A stretch of 64,000 nt of DNA from an uncultured Nitrososphaeraceae archaeon (GCA_963837175.1 CAWIMJ010000012.1:96001-160000), one strand, 5' to 3'; shown: positions 11,869 to 23,589, numbered from the stretch's first letter. Notes: generated from the sequence alone by a model not told the origin. Program-made: numbers and translations.

Positions 11869-12241
11869 CTACTTATTGTCATCTGCCACTTTTATTGTAT
11901 ATGAATTTATAAATTGATAGACTCGAATTTTCTATGACATAGGGTATGATTATATAAATATAGTGGAGAACATTATTGTGACAATTAAACGAATAGATAT
12001 TTACGAAGATCGTGCTATGAATAATTTATTCTGTTTGAATGGTTTTATGACTCATGGGAAGTAATAAGTAACAGAAATAGATACCCTTCCATAAAACATC
12101 AGTATAGCATAGAATAAGGCTTAAGGTTCATGAATAACTCATTAATAGCTATAATATATTTCAATAACTCGATTTCCGTTGTAGACTATATACTAATTGC
12201 TATTTTAAATATAGGAAATTATATACACCCTAAATCCTTCT

Positions 12242-13309
12242 TTATATAGACTTTTCTATTGATTTGATAAATTTGTCATTCATTTCCTGCGTACCTATAG
12301 TAACTCTAATGCAACCTCTGTAGCTTTCAATATCACCTATCATTTTAACAACTATTCCTTGTTTTTCTAACTCTTTTAGGATCGCAGTATATTTGTCATA
12401 GGTTTCGATTAAAATGAAATTTGCATTAGAATTAAAAACCTTAATTCCTTTCAATTTGGCGAGATGGTCAAACACTCTTTTTCTTTCATTTTTAATTAAT
12501 TCAATAGTATTTTTAATATAGCTGTAATTAGATAACATCTTGCTTGCTATCGTTAATGATAAACTATTTACTGGATATGGCGATTGGATTATTGATCTAA
12601 ATAGCTGCGCAAACTTTTCATTAGCTAGCAAGTAGCCTACTCTCGCGCCAGCTAATCCAAATGCTTTAGACAAAGTGCGCAATATAATAATATTATTATA
12701 TTTCGCAATATCTGGAGTTAAAGAATAATCTGCAAATTCAACATATGCCTCATCCACTACAATTAATTTATCTTCAAGTATGTCTATAATTTCCAAAATT
12801 AATCGCCTGTCAAATTGATTGCCAGTCGGGTTATTAGGTGAGCAAATGTAAATCATATCAGATTGTTTGGCATTATTCAGAAATTCTTCTTTCCGTAGAG
12901 TATTATCTGGTTTATTTAATGGTACTCTATTGACTGTTACATCATGTAATTCACATCGGTTTATGAAATATGAAAAAGTTGGTGTGAAAATAGTAGCTTG
13001 TTTTTCTCTTCCAACAATCGAAAGAATTAATTCAATTATTTGATCTGATCCATTTCCTATTGCAAGGTACTTTTTGCTAATGCCTAAATATTTTTCTAGT
13101 TGTTTATATATCTCCTCAAATTGTTCTATAGGATATTCTCTCAAATCTGTGCATTCTAGAGCTTGTAAAGCAATTTTTGAAATAAAGTTTCTATTTAATA
13201 CAAGATTCTCATTGGCATCTAATTTAATAGAGTTTTTAGTTCTTTCTGGTCTGATATAATTATCAAGTTTGGAGAGGCGTTCTAATTTCTCAGACAGCCA
13301 AGGCCTCAT
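12242..13309 (-). CDS. hisC: Histidinol-phosphate aminotransferase
   Basis: KLDANEN, GNGSDQ, SPNNPTG, VDEAY, RTLSKAFGLAGARVGY. Confidence 0.95.
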   Translation of the reverse strand: MRPWLSEKLERLSKLDNYIRPERTKNSIKLDANENLVLNRNFISKIALQALECTDLREYPIEQFEEIYKQLEKYLGISKKYLAIGNGSDQIIELILSIVGREKQATIFTPTFSYFINRCELHDVTVNRVPLNKPDNTLRKEEFLNNAKQSDMIYICSPNNPTGNQFDRRLILEIIDILEDKLIVVDEAYVEFADYSLTPDIAKYNNIIILRTLSKAFGLAGARVGYLLANEKFAQLFRSIIQSPYPVNSLSLTIASKMLSNYSYIKNTIELIKNERKRVFDHLAKLKGIKVFNSNANFILIETYDKYTAILKELEKQGIVVKMIGDIESYRGCIRVTIGTQEMNDKFIKSIEKSI

Positions 13310-14598
13310 TATTTTATTCTTTCCTTTATGGCTTCATAGTGATTCATTAAACCTTCAGCTAATGCAATTTCCCTAACTTTAGATTCCACTTTCTTTAAGC
13401 CTGATCTAGTTGCTTCTACTTTATTTACTATTTTTATAAAATCGAGAACGGATAAAGATGATCTAGCTTGACCAAAGCCCGATGTAGGAAGAACATGATT
13501 GGTACCTAAACAGTAATCACTAGCAGAAGATGGAGTAAAACTTCCAATCAATATCAACCCTGCTGATGTAATTTTTGTTGAAATGGTTCTTGCATTCCTT
13601 GCCATTATCTCTAAATGTTCTGGTGCTACTTCATTTATGAAGTCTATTGCTGAATATTCATTTTTGCAGATTGCAATGAATCCATTCTCTACCAAACTTC
13701 TTCTCACGATATCAATACGACTAATAGAATTATTGTTAAGAATGGATTGGATCTCTGCATTAACTTGTATTGCTACATCCTTAGATGTGGTGACAAGGCC
13801 ACAAAATGTATCGTAACTGTGTTCAGCTTGTGATATTATATCAATTGCAATTATCCTGGCATCAGCCTTTGCATCTGCATATATTACTAATTCAGTAGGA
13901 CCAGCAACCATATCTATTGAAACTCTAGTGGAAGCAAGAGTCTTAGCAATAGAGACAAATATGCCTCCTGGACCAACAATCCTGTTTACTTTGCTGATAC
14001 TCTGGGTTCCAAAAGTCAAAGCGGCAATTCCCTGTGCACCACCTATTTTATAGAATTCATTGACACCGCAAATTTCTGCTGATACAAGAGTCAAAGGATC
14101 TATCGTTCCATCTTTCAACGGTGGAGAGATTGCTACTATTCTATTTACTCCAGCCACTTTTGCAGGGACTGCACACATTACCATAGTACTAGGATAGCGA
14201 GCTTTTCCCCCAGGGATATAGCATCCAACACTGGAGATAGGTTGAATCATACGCTGAATCTTTACTCCGTACGATGAAAGTGAAATTTTATGCAATTGCT
14301 TGAAAAGTGAAATTTCAGTCTTGATTAGCCTGTTTCTTATCATCTTAATAGATTGAATCTGTTTTTTGGTGACTTTGTTATATGCTTCCTTCATTTCTTC
14401 ATCTGTAACTTTCAATGAATTTAACCTAACACCATCAAACTTTTCCTCATAATCTATAATGGCTGAGTCACCATATTTTTCTACATCTTCCATTATCCCT
14501 TTTGTTCTTTGAATTAGTTCATCAGAAATGATATTGCTAGAATTTCGTAAATTTTCAGCGTCAGATTTTGCATTCTTAACAATTATTGTCTTTATCAA
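13309..14598 (-). CDS. hisD: Histidinol dehydrogenase
   Basis: GCYIPGGKARYPST, IDMVAGPTE, SQAEH, APEHLE, GTNHVLPT. Confidence 0.96.
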   Translation of the reverse strand: MIKTIIVKNAKSDAENLRNSSNIISDELIQRTKGIMEDVEKYGDSAIIDYEEKFDGVRLNSLKVTDEEMKEAYNKVTKKQIQSIKMIRNRLIKTEISLFKQLHKISLSSYGVKIQRMIQPISSVGCYIPGGKARYPSTMVMCAVPAKVAGVNRIVAISPPLKDGTIDPLTLVSAEICGVNEFYKIGGAQGIAALTFGTQSISKVNRIVGPGGIFVSIAKTLASTRVSIDMVAGPTELVIYADAKADARIIAIDIISQAEHSYDTFCGLVTTSKDVAIQVNAEIQSILNNNSISRIDIVRRSLVENGFIAICKNEYSAIDFINEVAPEHLEIMARNARTISTKITSAGLILIGSFTPSSASDYCLGTNHVLPTSGFGQARSSLSVLDFIKIVNKVEATRSGLKKVESKVREIALAEGLMNHYEAIKERIK

Positions 14599-15572
14599 GA
14601 ATACTCATCTAAATTTATCTCATGCAGAGGCAAAATCTGTCTTGGCTCCATTACCACTAAGCCCTGCGCCATCTTTCTCATTATAGGGACTATTTTAATA
14701 AATTCATTTTTATCAATAATTGTATTTACTCCATACCACCCATCTTCGCTTAATGGACTAATTGTGGGTTTTTTTAATGCAGGCAAGTTTTTAAGCAATT
14801 TATTGAGATTTTCTTTTTTTACATTGACGAAAATATGGAGCTTTTTACGCCCTTCCACTACCCCTTTTAATAATGCAATCATATCTGCTATCTTCTCTCT
14901 CTTTTTAGGAACCTTCAGGGCATTCTTATTTGCAACGAAAACAGCAGAAGACTCAATAACTGTATCAATTATTTTCAGACTATTCTGTGTAAGGGTAGTA
15001 CCCGTTTCAGTAATATCAAAAATTGCATCAACATCTTCAGGTGGCTTTGCCTCTGTGGCTCCGAAGGAAAGGAATATCTGGACATGTTTATTATCGCCAA
15101 CTCTTAGCCACGGAGTAATGATCATAGGATCGCTGCCTCCAAAGTATTTTTGATAAGCCAAATTAGATTTTATATGAGAAGCTGTAGTAGTAAGATATTC
15201 TGACGATATTCTTAGAGTTTTATTATTCTTGGCAAACTCTGTAATTAAGCCTGTCAAGTCATTCAATTCAAAGCTTTGTGGAACTGCAATTACTTGTTTT
15301 ACTCGGCCATATTCTAAATCAAGTAATATTTTGATATCCGCTTTGGCCTCTCTAATCCAGTCCTTGCCTGTAATTCCAACATCATAGAAGCCTTCTTGAA
15401 CATAAGTCGGAATTTCTTGAGGTCTTAATATTTTGACATCTATTTCAGCATCACTGAGTTTTACTCTATAAGTACGCCCACGACCACTAACGGTTTGCCA
15501 TGCCTCTTCAAGAATTCTAAATGTCGCATCCTCAATACTACCTTTTGGGATTGCGAATTTCACAGTATGCAT
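14595..15572 (-). CDS. hisG: ATP phosphoribosyltransferase, long form (start placed at ATG 15572)
   Basis: KFAIPKGS, RPQEIP, DVGITGKDW, SFGATE, DITETGTTL, C-terminal regulatory domain PTISPL. Confidence 0.95.
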   Translation of the reverse strand: MHTVKFAIPKGSIEDATFRILEEAWQTVSGRGRTYRVKLSDAEIDVKILRPQEIPTYVQEGFYDVGITGKDWIREAKADIKILLDLEYGRVKQVIAVPQSFELNDLTGLITEFAKNNKTLRISSEYLTTTASHIKSNLAYQKYFGGSDPMIITPWLRVGDNKHVQIFLSFGATEAKPPEDVDAIFDITETGTTLTQNSLKIIDTVIESSAVFVANKNALKVPKKREKIADMIALLKGVVEGRKKLHIFVNVKKENLNKLLKNLPALKKPTISPLSEDGWYGVNTIIDKNEFIKIVPIMRKMAQGLVVMEPRQILPLHEINLDEYS

Positions 15573-16867
15573 ATTAACAAATAAGCAAAATCTATTATCG
15601 GTTATATATTTATTAAACACCTCGTGAAGATAGAATTTTTATCCTCAGATTATGCTCTTGTTTTAAGAAGAATTGATTTATACTATCTTTATTGTGAGTT
15701 CTTTCTTTTCACATGATACTCGTCAATCATTAAGTCTACTTAGATTAGATTAAATATATTCTAAGGTGGTTAATATAATGGCACTGGAGACTGAACTAAG
15801 TGCCTTATCAGAAGCGCTTCCTTTATCAGATTTATAGAAAAAATAATTGGTGTGTTATTAAAGGTAAAGTTCCCTTCATTCAAATACTAGGACTTATTTT
15901 TCGTCTATAGACATTTTATTAAGTCCATATCTCTGCATCGAGTGTTAATTCTACTTTGTAGACATCAACATATACATTCTCTGGCTTCTATATCAAAGTC
16001 AAAATTGTGAAGCCAGACCCAACTTTGAATGGTTTGGTTTCAGTCTTTACAAATACCTACTCATGTAAAATCATCGTTATTGTTACTGCTGTACTAATGC
16101 ACCGCTAAACTGGCTCTAAATAATTAAACATCATATTACCCTGTGTGTTCAATGACTTATTGCAATACATAATAGGTCGCAGGAAGTATATATTTGCGTT
16201 CATTCTTACAACTCCTCACGATGAAGCTATACTAGCATTGGTTCGTCTGGTTCTTGGGTCGTTCATGCTTCATTTGTTTGTTTTTCCTATTTCCAACACA
16301 AATTCGACTAGAAGAATGATGTAGATCATGTATTATTAGTTACCACAACTTATCAATTTATTCCAAGCATAAAACATAACCCACGAGAAAGTAAAGGTTT
16401 CGAGAACAGTGCACGCAATGTCTCATTCTCCAGGTCTACAACACTTCAACGTTTGTTTCAGACTCATGCATGTTTGTAAATCTAATGCAATAAGTGAGAA
16501 ATGAAAATTGTCATTGTAGACAATTTTCAAGGGAAATGTCTTCTTGTAGCTGATGCCTTCCATTTTCTATACACTACCTTGGCTATAAAATAAACGCCGA
16601 CTGCAGATATGATCATGATCAATATAGAATAAGAATGAACTAAGTACACAACCTAAAAATGATAAGTAGAAAATCATCTTCAAAGATTACATACAAAATG
16701 TTTAGTGAATTGAATATTAATATTGTTCATCAATTCTCAAATATGATGTACATGAAATTGCTGACCTGCTAAGTGATGATGATTATGATAATGATGATAA
16801 GAAAGAAATATTGATGTAGTTGAACTTGGTAATGACATCAAGCTATAATTCTTGGCTACTGCTAATA

Positions 16868-18157
16868 CTAATCTTCGTTATTTAGGAATGAAAGAATTTC
16901 TTTAGCTCTATCAACGTTTACAGATCTTTCATCCGCAATTTTATTGGCAACTATTTCGATTTGATTCCCTATGGCACCTGCTGCGACAGCAATGTTTCTA
17001 GCATGCAACCTCATATGTCCTTTTTGGATACCTTCAGAGGCCAGCGCTCTAATAGCTGCCAAATTTTGAGCAAGACCTGCCGCAGCTAATATAATCGCAA
17101 GTTCCTTGGAAGTTTTAACTCCAAGAATTTTTAAGGCAAGTTTGGCCATTGGATGGACGGAGGCTACTCCTCCGACTATTCCAACAGCCATTGGTAGTTC
17201 TATCTCACCTGCTAAATCGCCCTCCTCCGTTTTATCCCAGTTAGTTATTGATCTATAGGTCCCGTCTCTTGCAGCATATGCATGAGCTCCAGCCTCAATT
17301 GCACGAAAATCCTGACCTGTGGCCAATGCAACCGCATCGATACCGTTCATTATACCTTTGTTATGAGTCACAGCACGGTAGATGTCAGAATATGCAAAAG
17401 CGTATGCATACAAGATTCGTTCCACAATATCTTGTCCTCCAAGCTCGTTCTTATCGAAAATCGCTTTGCATTTTACAAGCCTCTTTGTAGCATAATTTGA
17501 AATTATTTTTAATATAGCTTTGCCACCAGTTATCTGTTCAACTATTGGAGCTATTGATTCGCACATCGTATTCACTATATTTGCACCCATGGCATCTTTA
17601 ACATCAACTAGTAATTCTACAAGAAGCATCAGTCCTTTATTATGTTGACTTTTGTCTTGCACTTGTCTTACTTGCAGGTCTTTCACAACAGCGAATCTGC
17701 TCTTTGAGCTAGCCAACTCTATTATTTGTTTTTTATTAGATAAAATGTTTATCTTTGCAGATTCTTCAGAAATAGGTAGTGAAACTATCTGTACTTGACC
17801 TAACATAATCGATTCGTCTGCTTCTGCTATAAAACCTCCCTTATTTTTTGCAATTTTTGCTGCTTTACTTGCCGTTGCAATTATGGAAGGCTCTTCTATA
17901 GCCATTGGTACAAGGTATTCTTTGCCATTAATTACAAAGTTTGTCGCAATACCAAGGGGGAGAGCAAGTATGCCTATTGCATTTTCTATCATTGTATTAG
18001 CATTGTCAAAGCTGAATGCTGACCAAGGATCGTGTAATATAGCAATATCCTGTGCAGACAAACCTGTTATTTCTTGTAAATAATGTAAACGTTCACTTTG
18101 ATTCATCTTATAAAATTTTTTCAATGTCAAGTAATCAAGTAAATTGTATAAAATCAT
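16868..18157 (-). CDS. hmgA: HMG-CoA reductase, class II (bacterial-type)
   Basis: ENAIG, PMAIEEPS, DAMGAN, THNKGIMNG, GQDFRAIEAGAH, GIQKGHMRLHARN. Confidence 0.93.
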   Translation of the reverse strand: MILYNLLDYLTLKKFYKMNQSERLHYLQEITGLSAQDIAILHDPWSAFSFDNANTMIENAIGILALPLGIATNFVINGKEYLVPMAIEEPSIIATASKAAKIAKNKGGFIAEADESIMLGQVQIVSLPISEESAKINILSNKKQIIELASSKSRFAVVKDLQVRQVQDKSQHNKGLMLLVELLVDVKDAMGANIVNTMCESIAPIVEQITGGKAILKIISNYATKRLVKCKAIFDKNELGGQDIVERILYAYAFAYSDIYRAVTHNKGIMNGIDAVALATGQDFRAIEAGAHAYAARDGTYRSITNWDKTEEGDLAGEIELPMAVGIVGGVASVHPMAKLALKILGVKTSKELAIILAAAGLAQNLAAIRALASEGIQKGHMRLHARNIAVAAGAIGNQIEIVANKIADERSVNVDRAKEILSFLNNED

Positions 18158-18953
18158 TAATAACTGCTACGTTGAAAAAATATATCTATAAAAAACAAAC
18201 TAGTGCCTATAAAAATTGCATTATACAAATCTAACTACTTCTTTGTCAAAGTGTATATTAAGTGTAAACAAAGCGATATTACTAACATATGTGCGAGAAA
18301 ACTTCTTTTTATCCTTATATCACTCATTAGAGGATGTTTTGGTTTTATAAGAAATTGTGGCAACGCTGAAATTTTGCTGACTTGTCCTGCGAAAGCTGAT
18401 TAAAATAGGAAAACTATTAAAATTATAATAGGAAACAGATTTGGGGGCTGTGTTAGTTAAAAAAAATCGGCTCTTTATTGTAATGATCAATAAACAGAAT
18501 GAACTAATTTATGACATTTCTAATTTATACACTTGCTTTCCCTGGTGCATGTAAAGTGTAGTCATTGAATTCTCAATTCTATCCCTTAATATACTGGATA
18601 GTTCTTCTCTCACAATGCTCTCCGTTCATATATCATGTAACATATAGAAAATGAAGGGAGATCTAGTTTTGAGAATTTATATGCTTGAGGAATATACTAA
18701 GTTCTATCACCACCGGTAGAAACTGGATGATATTTTTCATAATTATTAGAGTGCAGAAATTATTCTCCTCCCCTTGAATTATATCTTTTATGGTCTGAGT
18801 ATTTTGTATCCTAAACACATAGTGTGCAACATTGAATATGATTACGAATACTAACTAAAGATTGCTATATATATCATGAAGTTTGTTATAATATTGTTCG
18901 AAATTTTGATTCATATCTGTTAATAAGCTGTAATGAACTAATAGTATATCTAT

Positions 18954-19487
18954 ATGCTAAGGAGCTTTCCAATAAGATTAATAATATCAGTTTGTACATT
19001 ATTGTTTGTTTTAGCGTCACTCATACCGCTTACTCAGTCATGGGGTGATAATGTAATAGAGGCAGCCTGTTCTATCGGTAGTATTATTAGAACCGATGGT
19101 ACGAATAGAGCGGATCTAATACTTGGATGTAATACTCAGGATATAATGTATGGAAAATCTGGTAATGATGTACTTCAGGGTCGTTTAGAGAATGATAGGC
19201 TATATGGTAATAGTGGAGATGATAATCTAGAAGGCGGTCTAGGAGGAGATGAACTCTATGGTGGAACAGGAGATGATGTTATTTTTGGAGGATTTGAGGA
19301 CGACTTTCTAGTAGGCGGAAAAGATAATGATGAACTGTACGCAGAGGATGGAAATGATCTCCTTAAGGGAGGAGACGGTGCCGATTATTTTGACTGTGGG
19401 GATGGTCTTGATGTAATAGTAGACTTTGATCCAAGTAAAGGTGATACTCATGCAAACAACTGTGAAGATGTAAGAGAACGTCTGTAA
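18954..19487 (+). CDS. Secreted RTX/hemolysin-type calcium-binding repeat protein
   Basis: N-terminal signal-like hydrophobic stretch, then about nine GGxGxDxLx-type nonapeptides. Confidence 0.85.
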   Translation: MLRSFPIRLIISVCTLLFVLASLIPLTQSWGDNVIEAACSIGSIIRTDGTNRADLILGCNTQDIMYGKSGNDVLQGRLENDRLYGNSGDDNLEGGLGGDELYGGTGDDVIFGGFEDDFLVGGKDNDELYAEDGNDLLKGGDGADYFDCGDGLDVIVDFDPSKGDTHANNCEDVRERL

Positions 19488-19614
19488 AATACAACACCTT
19501 TCTTATTGTGATAGATCATTTCAAATTTTGAAAAACATTTATGGACTATTTCTGTTATTTAGCCACAATATTATTCAAGATAACTTTACTATTTATACAC
19601 ATTTAAAATATTAT

Positions 19615-20575
19615 TTATCTATCTTTTAACATCAACATACACATTAGAGCTTTTTGAACATGTAACCTGTTCTCCGCCTCGTCCCATATTACTGATGCCT
19701 TTCCATCTATAACCTCCGAGGTAACTTCTTGTCCCCGTTTTGCAGGAAGACAATGCATGAATATTACATCTCTTTTTGCAAGCTTTAAAAGATCTGAATT
19801 TACCTGATATCTTGGAAGGAAATGTTCTTCCCTGGTACTCTTTTCTTGATCTTTTCCTATTGATAGGAATGTATCAGTTACTATAATATCTGCATCTTTG
19901 ACAGCCAGAAGCGGATCGTCTATGATAGCTATTTTGGCTCCAGTTTTTTGTTCTTCCTCTTTGGAGAGCCTTACTATTTCTTCCAGAGGTTCATAACCAT
20001 GGGGACAGGCTGCCGTCATATTGATGCCTGTTTTTGCACAACCTAACAACAAGTCGTTACACACGTTATTGCCATCTCCTATCCATGCAAGATTTAATCC
20101 TTTCATTTTTTTCTTATATTCTTGAATGGTTAGCAGATCTGCAAGTATCTGGCAGGGGTGGAAGGTATCAGAAAGGCCATTTATAACAGGAATAGAAGCA
20201 GAGTCAGCTAATTTCTGTACATCGGCATGATCATAAACACGAGCGACGATACAATTGAGATATAGAGATAACGTTCGACTAGTGTCCTCTATTGATTCTC
20301 CACGGGATAACTGCATCTCATTAGTACCTGAGATATAACGCGTTTCCACCAAGCTGAAATATTCCAGTCTCAAAACTTACTCTAGTTCTAGTTGACGGTT
20401 TTTGGAAAATCATTCCAATTACTTTGCCCTTTAATAATTGATTTGTTTTTTCTCCATTTCCGTTCTTGAGTTTATTTTTTAAATTACTAGATAATTTTAG
20501 AATCGAAAGAATTTCGTCTGAACTCAGATCTTGAATGCTAAGAATGTCTTTGTTATTTAGGGAAGTCTTCATCAT
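19615..20575 (-). CDS. argF: Ornithine carbamoyltransferase, split by a +1 frameshift
   Basis: [13 protein letters not shown] in 20321..20575; [20 protein letters not shown] in 19615..20373; removing one C at 20327-20328 gives [15 protein letters not shown]. Confidence 0.92.
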
Positions 20576-20766
20576 CTTTGTGTAAAGACTAAAACGAGCG
20601 TCTCTTCTTTTCTGTTCTCTTTTTTAACGACTATGTCATGCATCAACATCTTTTCTTTCTCTCCTCTTCTCTACTGTTCTTTTCGGATTTTCTTTCTGTT
20701 CATTGTTTTTGTTTGCAGTAATCCAATTCTTCTTTTGTTTTGCTAATGTAGATCGTTGTAAGCTAC

Positions 20767-22053
20767 CTACTCCTCTTCTTCTCTCTTCTCTGCTATCTTT
20801 CCTTGATCTTTTCGACCAAACAATCGACCAAAACGGCTGTTCTTCTCTACTTTCTTAACTGGTTTACCTTCTTCTGGTATAGAATGAGGATACGAAGTAT
20901 TACTTGTCTGTATCGTGCTTTCTTCTGCAGGCTTTTTGTCGAAAGGCTTTCTTTTTTCTTGGTTAATATCTTTTGTTTGTATTACTGGAACAGATATATG
21001 ATGATCTTCTGGATCGTTCATTGTGTCTGATATTGTTGTTACTTCTGATGTCATATTGGATGATAATGGTGAAATCTCGATCGATTCAGAAACGGCTGGT
21101 GTATAAGTAGGTGTTCTTAAATTCTCCACATCAATTATTGGAGCATTACCAAATATAGATTCCAGGAACTTGTTTGGGTCAAAGGGAATTATGTCGTCAT
21201 ATCTCTGACCAACTCCAATGTAGACAATTGGTTTGGATGTGATATATGCAATGGAAAGTGCTGCACCACCCTTTGAGTCTGCATCTATTTTAGTTAAAAT
21301 TGCGCCATCAAAATTAGTATAGTGGAAAAATTCTCTTGCTTGATTGATGGTATCATTCCCAGCCAGCGAATCGCCTATAAATAATTTCAGATCCGGTTTA
21401 GACACTCTTACAATTTTACTAATTTCATCCATCAAATTCTTCGCAGTCTGCATTCTGCCAGCCGTATCAATCAATATCGCATCTACATAATGTTTTCTAC
21501 CATAATCTATTGCATCTCTTGCCACTGCTGAAGGGTCTGATCCATATCTTTGTGCGATGATCTTTAGCGATAAGTTTTCTGCATGTTGGCTTAATTGTTC
21601 AATTGCCCCTGCACGATGGGTATCTCCAGCTGCCAAAACTACAGAAATACCATTTTTACGTAACAAATTAGATATCTTTGCGACTGTTGTAGTTTTACCA
21701 GTTCCATTGATTCCCAAAAATACAATAACGAACGGTCCGCGTTTTGTTTCCTTCTTTGCCTTAATTTTCTCTATGAGGTCCACCTTTCCACCTCTAGTAA
21801 GCATTTCTCCAATAGCATCGTGAAGCTTTGACCTGATAATGTCCTCTTCAATCTGTCCCCTTTCAAGCTTCAAACCTAACAATTCATTTTTCAATTTTCC
21901 TGAAAGATCATCAATTACCTCCTGTGCAACATCGCTTTCCAGTAATGCAAGCTGTAAGTCAAATAGGTTATCGTCAAGATCTTTTTCAGAAAGCTCTTTT
22001 TGACCTATAGTTTTAGCTGCACTTGAAAAGGCCTTTCTGAGCTTATCAAACAT
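20767..22053 (-). CDS. ftsY: SRP receptor FtsY with a low-complexity C-terminal tail
   Basis: GINGTGKTTT, DTHRAGAIEQL, DTAGR, TKIDADSKGG, GVGQRYDD. Confidence 0.95.
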   Translation of the reverse strand: MFDKLRKAFSSAAKTIGQKELSEKDLDDNLFDLQLALLESDVAQEVIDDLSGKLKNELLGLKLERGQIEEDIIRSKLHDAIGEMLTRGGKVDLIEKIKAKKETKRGPFVIVFLGINGTGKTTTVAKISNLLRKNGISVVLAAGDTHRAGAIEQLSQHAENLSLKIIAQRYGSDPSAVARDAIDYGRKHYVDAILIDTAGRMQTAKNLMDEISKIVRVSKPDLKLFIGDSLAGNDTINQAREFFHYTNFDGAILTKIDADSKGGAALSIAYITSKPIVYIGVGQRYDDIIPFDPNKFLESIFGNAPIIDVENLRTPTYTPAVSESIEISPLSSNMTSEVTTISDTMNDPEDHHISVPVIQTKDINQEKRKPFDKKPAEESTIQTSNTSYPHSIPEEGKPVKKVEKNSRFGRLFGRKDQGKIAEKREEEE

Positions 22054-22064
22054 ACCTATTTCGC

Positions 22065-22601
22065 CTAATGTGTACGTTGTTGTCCCGCGTCACGGGATTT
22101 TTGGTTATGATGTGACAATTGAGAGTTGTTACTAGTAGTACTAGTAGAACTGCCTTTTTGCAACATCTGGTTTACTTGTGCTTGAATTTGTTCCATACGC
22201 ATTGATATTTGTTCTTTTTGGCTAACAAGTTGTCTTAATGCAACCTCAAATTCTTTAATTTTAGATTCAATGTAGTTAATACTGTCTTCTTTACTTTTTT
22301 CTATAATAACATCTGCACCTATATTTATCAACAATTTCTTTACAGGTGGGACTAAGGCTTTTATATAAACTCCAATTCCAACAGGCATAAATGATTCAAC
22401 TTCAGAATCAGTCGGAACATTTTGAATAGCATTAGAAGCCAGTCGTGCTTCTTCCAATAATCTCGTTACCGTAGTCTCTCGACTAATGTTATCATTCAAA
22501 TAGGCTTCAAGAACTCGTGATTGCTGAACCAGTTCATTGATTTTTTGCTCTATTGAAGCAGCCTGTTGATGATGGCGTAGCTCATCGCTCATTAAGGTCA
22601 A
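22065..22601 (-). CDS. pfdA: Prefoldin alpha subunit
   Basis: Coiled coil, PVGIGVYIKA and INIGADVIIEK hairpins, coiled coil; adjacent to ftsY. Confidence 0.9.
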   Translation of the reverse strand: MTLMSDELRHHQQAASIEQKINELVQQSRVLEAYLNDNISRETTVTRLLEEARLASNAIQNVPTDSEVESFMPVGIGVYIKALVPPVKKLLINIGADVIIEKSKEDSINYIESKIKEFEVALRQLVSQKEQISMRMEQIQAQVNQMLQKGSSTSTTSNNSQLSHHNQKSRDAGQQRTH

Positions 22602-22764
22602 TTTCCAGATCTATCTTATAACTGTGACTAAATATCTTATAATAGAATATTATCTCTAAAAGGTGAAAATTTTAAAAGATGTATAACAAGTTAACACACT
22701 TTTTCAAAGGTTAAAATTTTCAATATTGTTATAATTTATTATTAGTTAACCATACTATCTCATT

Positions 22765-23589
22765 GTGGAACCCTACTTTACTGTTGTTGCTTCGAAACAG
22801 GATATAGCAAGTATGACTATGGCTAATTACCTCCGATATGGCAAAGGTTTCTCTTTATATAATAAGAATAATAATACAGAGTATTATACCTCTGAAGTAT
22901 ATAAAAAAATTAACCTCAATATCTCTAATGAAAGCTTACTCTACATAGAAGATTTAGATACAAAATATCCGTGTTCCAAAGCCTTTATTTTTTTATCAAA
23001 GCATAGATCTGAAAGCGCAATCCCTACTTTAACTTGTCATTGCACTGGAAATTATGCAGATAATCCATACGGTGGAAATCCGCAGGAGTTAGCAATGTCA
23101 TATCCATATTTACAAAAAAGATATCTACAGGAAATTAATAATGCTAAACCATTTCTTAGGCATTATGAGATTGTTATAGAAGCAAGCCATCATGGACCTA
23201 CATCATTAAAAAAGCCAGTCTTGTTTATTGAAATTGGTTCTTCAGAAAGGCAGTGGATTGACAGAAAGGCAGCTTCTATAGTATGCAATTGTCTGCTAAG
23301 AGTACTCGAAAATGGATTAGGACAATGTAAAAAAGTTGGAATTTGCTTAGGAGGGACACATTATCCGTCAAAATTTAACAAATTGTTATTGGAGTCGGAA
23401 TTCGGCCTCGCTGCTGTGGCTCCAAAACATAATTTAGAATCGGTTGATAAAGATATGTTAAATCAAATGATTGCAAAGAGTATAGAAAAAGTTAGATATA
23501 TAATAGTTGACTGGAAAGGACTTGGTAAGGAAAAGAATAGAATAATGAGACTAGTAGAAAACACTGGTCTCGAAGTGTTGAGAGTTTGA
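22765..23589 (+). CDS. dtdA: D-aminoacyl-tRNA deacylase (archaeal DTD2/GEK1 family)
   Basis: FLSKHRS, LTCHCTGN, EASHHGPT, FIEIGS, GGTHY. Confidence 0.9.
   Translation: MEPYFTVVASKQDIASMTMANYLRYGKGFSLYNKNNNTEYYTSEVYKKINLNISNESLLYIEDLDTKYPCSKAFIFLSKHRSESAIPTLTCHCTGNYADNPYGGNPQELAMSYPYLQKRYLQEINNAKPFLRHYEIVIEASHHGPTSLKKPVLFIEIGSSERQWIDRKAASIVCNCLLRVLENGLGQCKKVGICLGGTHYPSKFNKLLLESEFGLAAVAPKHNLESVDKDMLNQMIAKSIEKVRYIIVDWKGLGKEKNRIMRLVENTGLEVLRV

Noticed and set aside
11869-11889. In-frame TAG upstream of the HAD gene (GTG GCA GAT GAC AAT AAG TAG TTG), possible read-through
   Set aside because: Adds only seven codons; no pyrrolysine machinery seen; TTG start or a point mutation explains it
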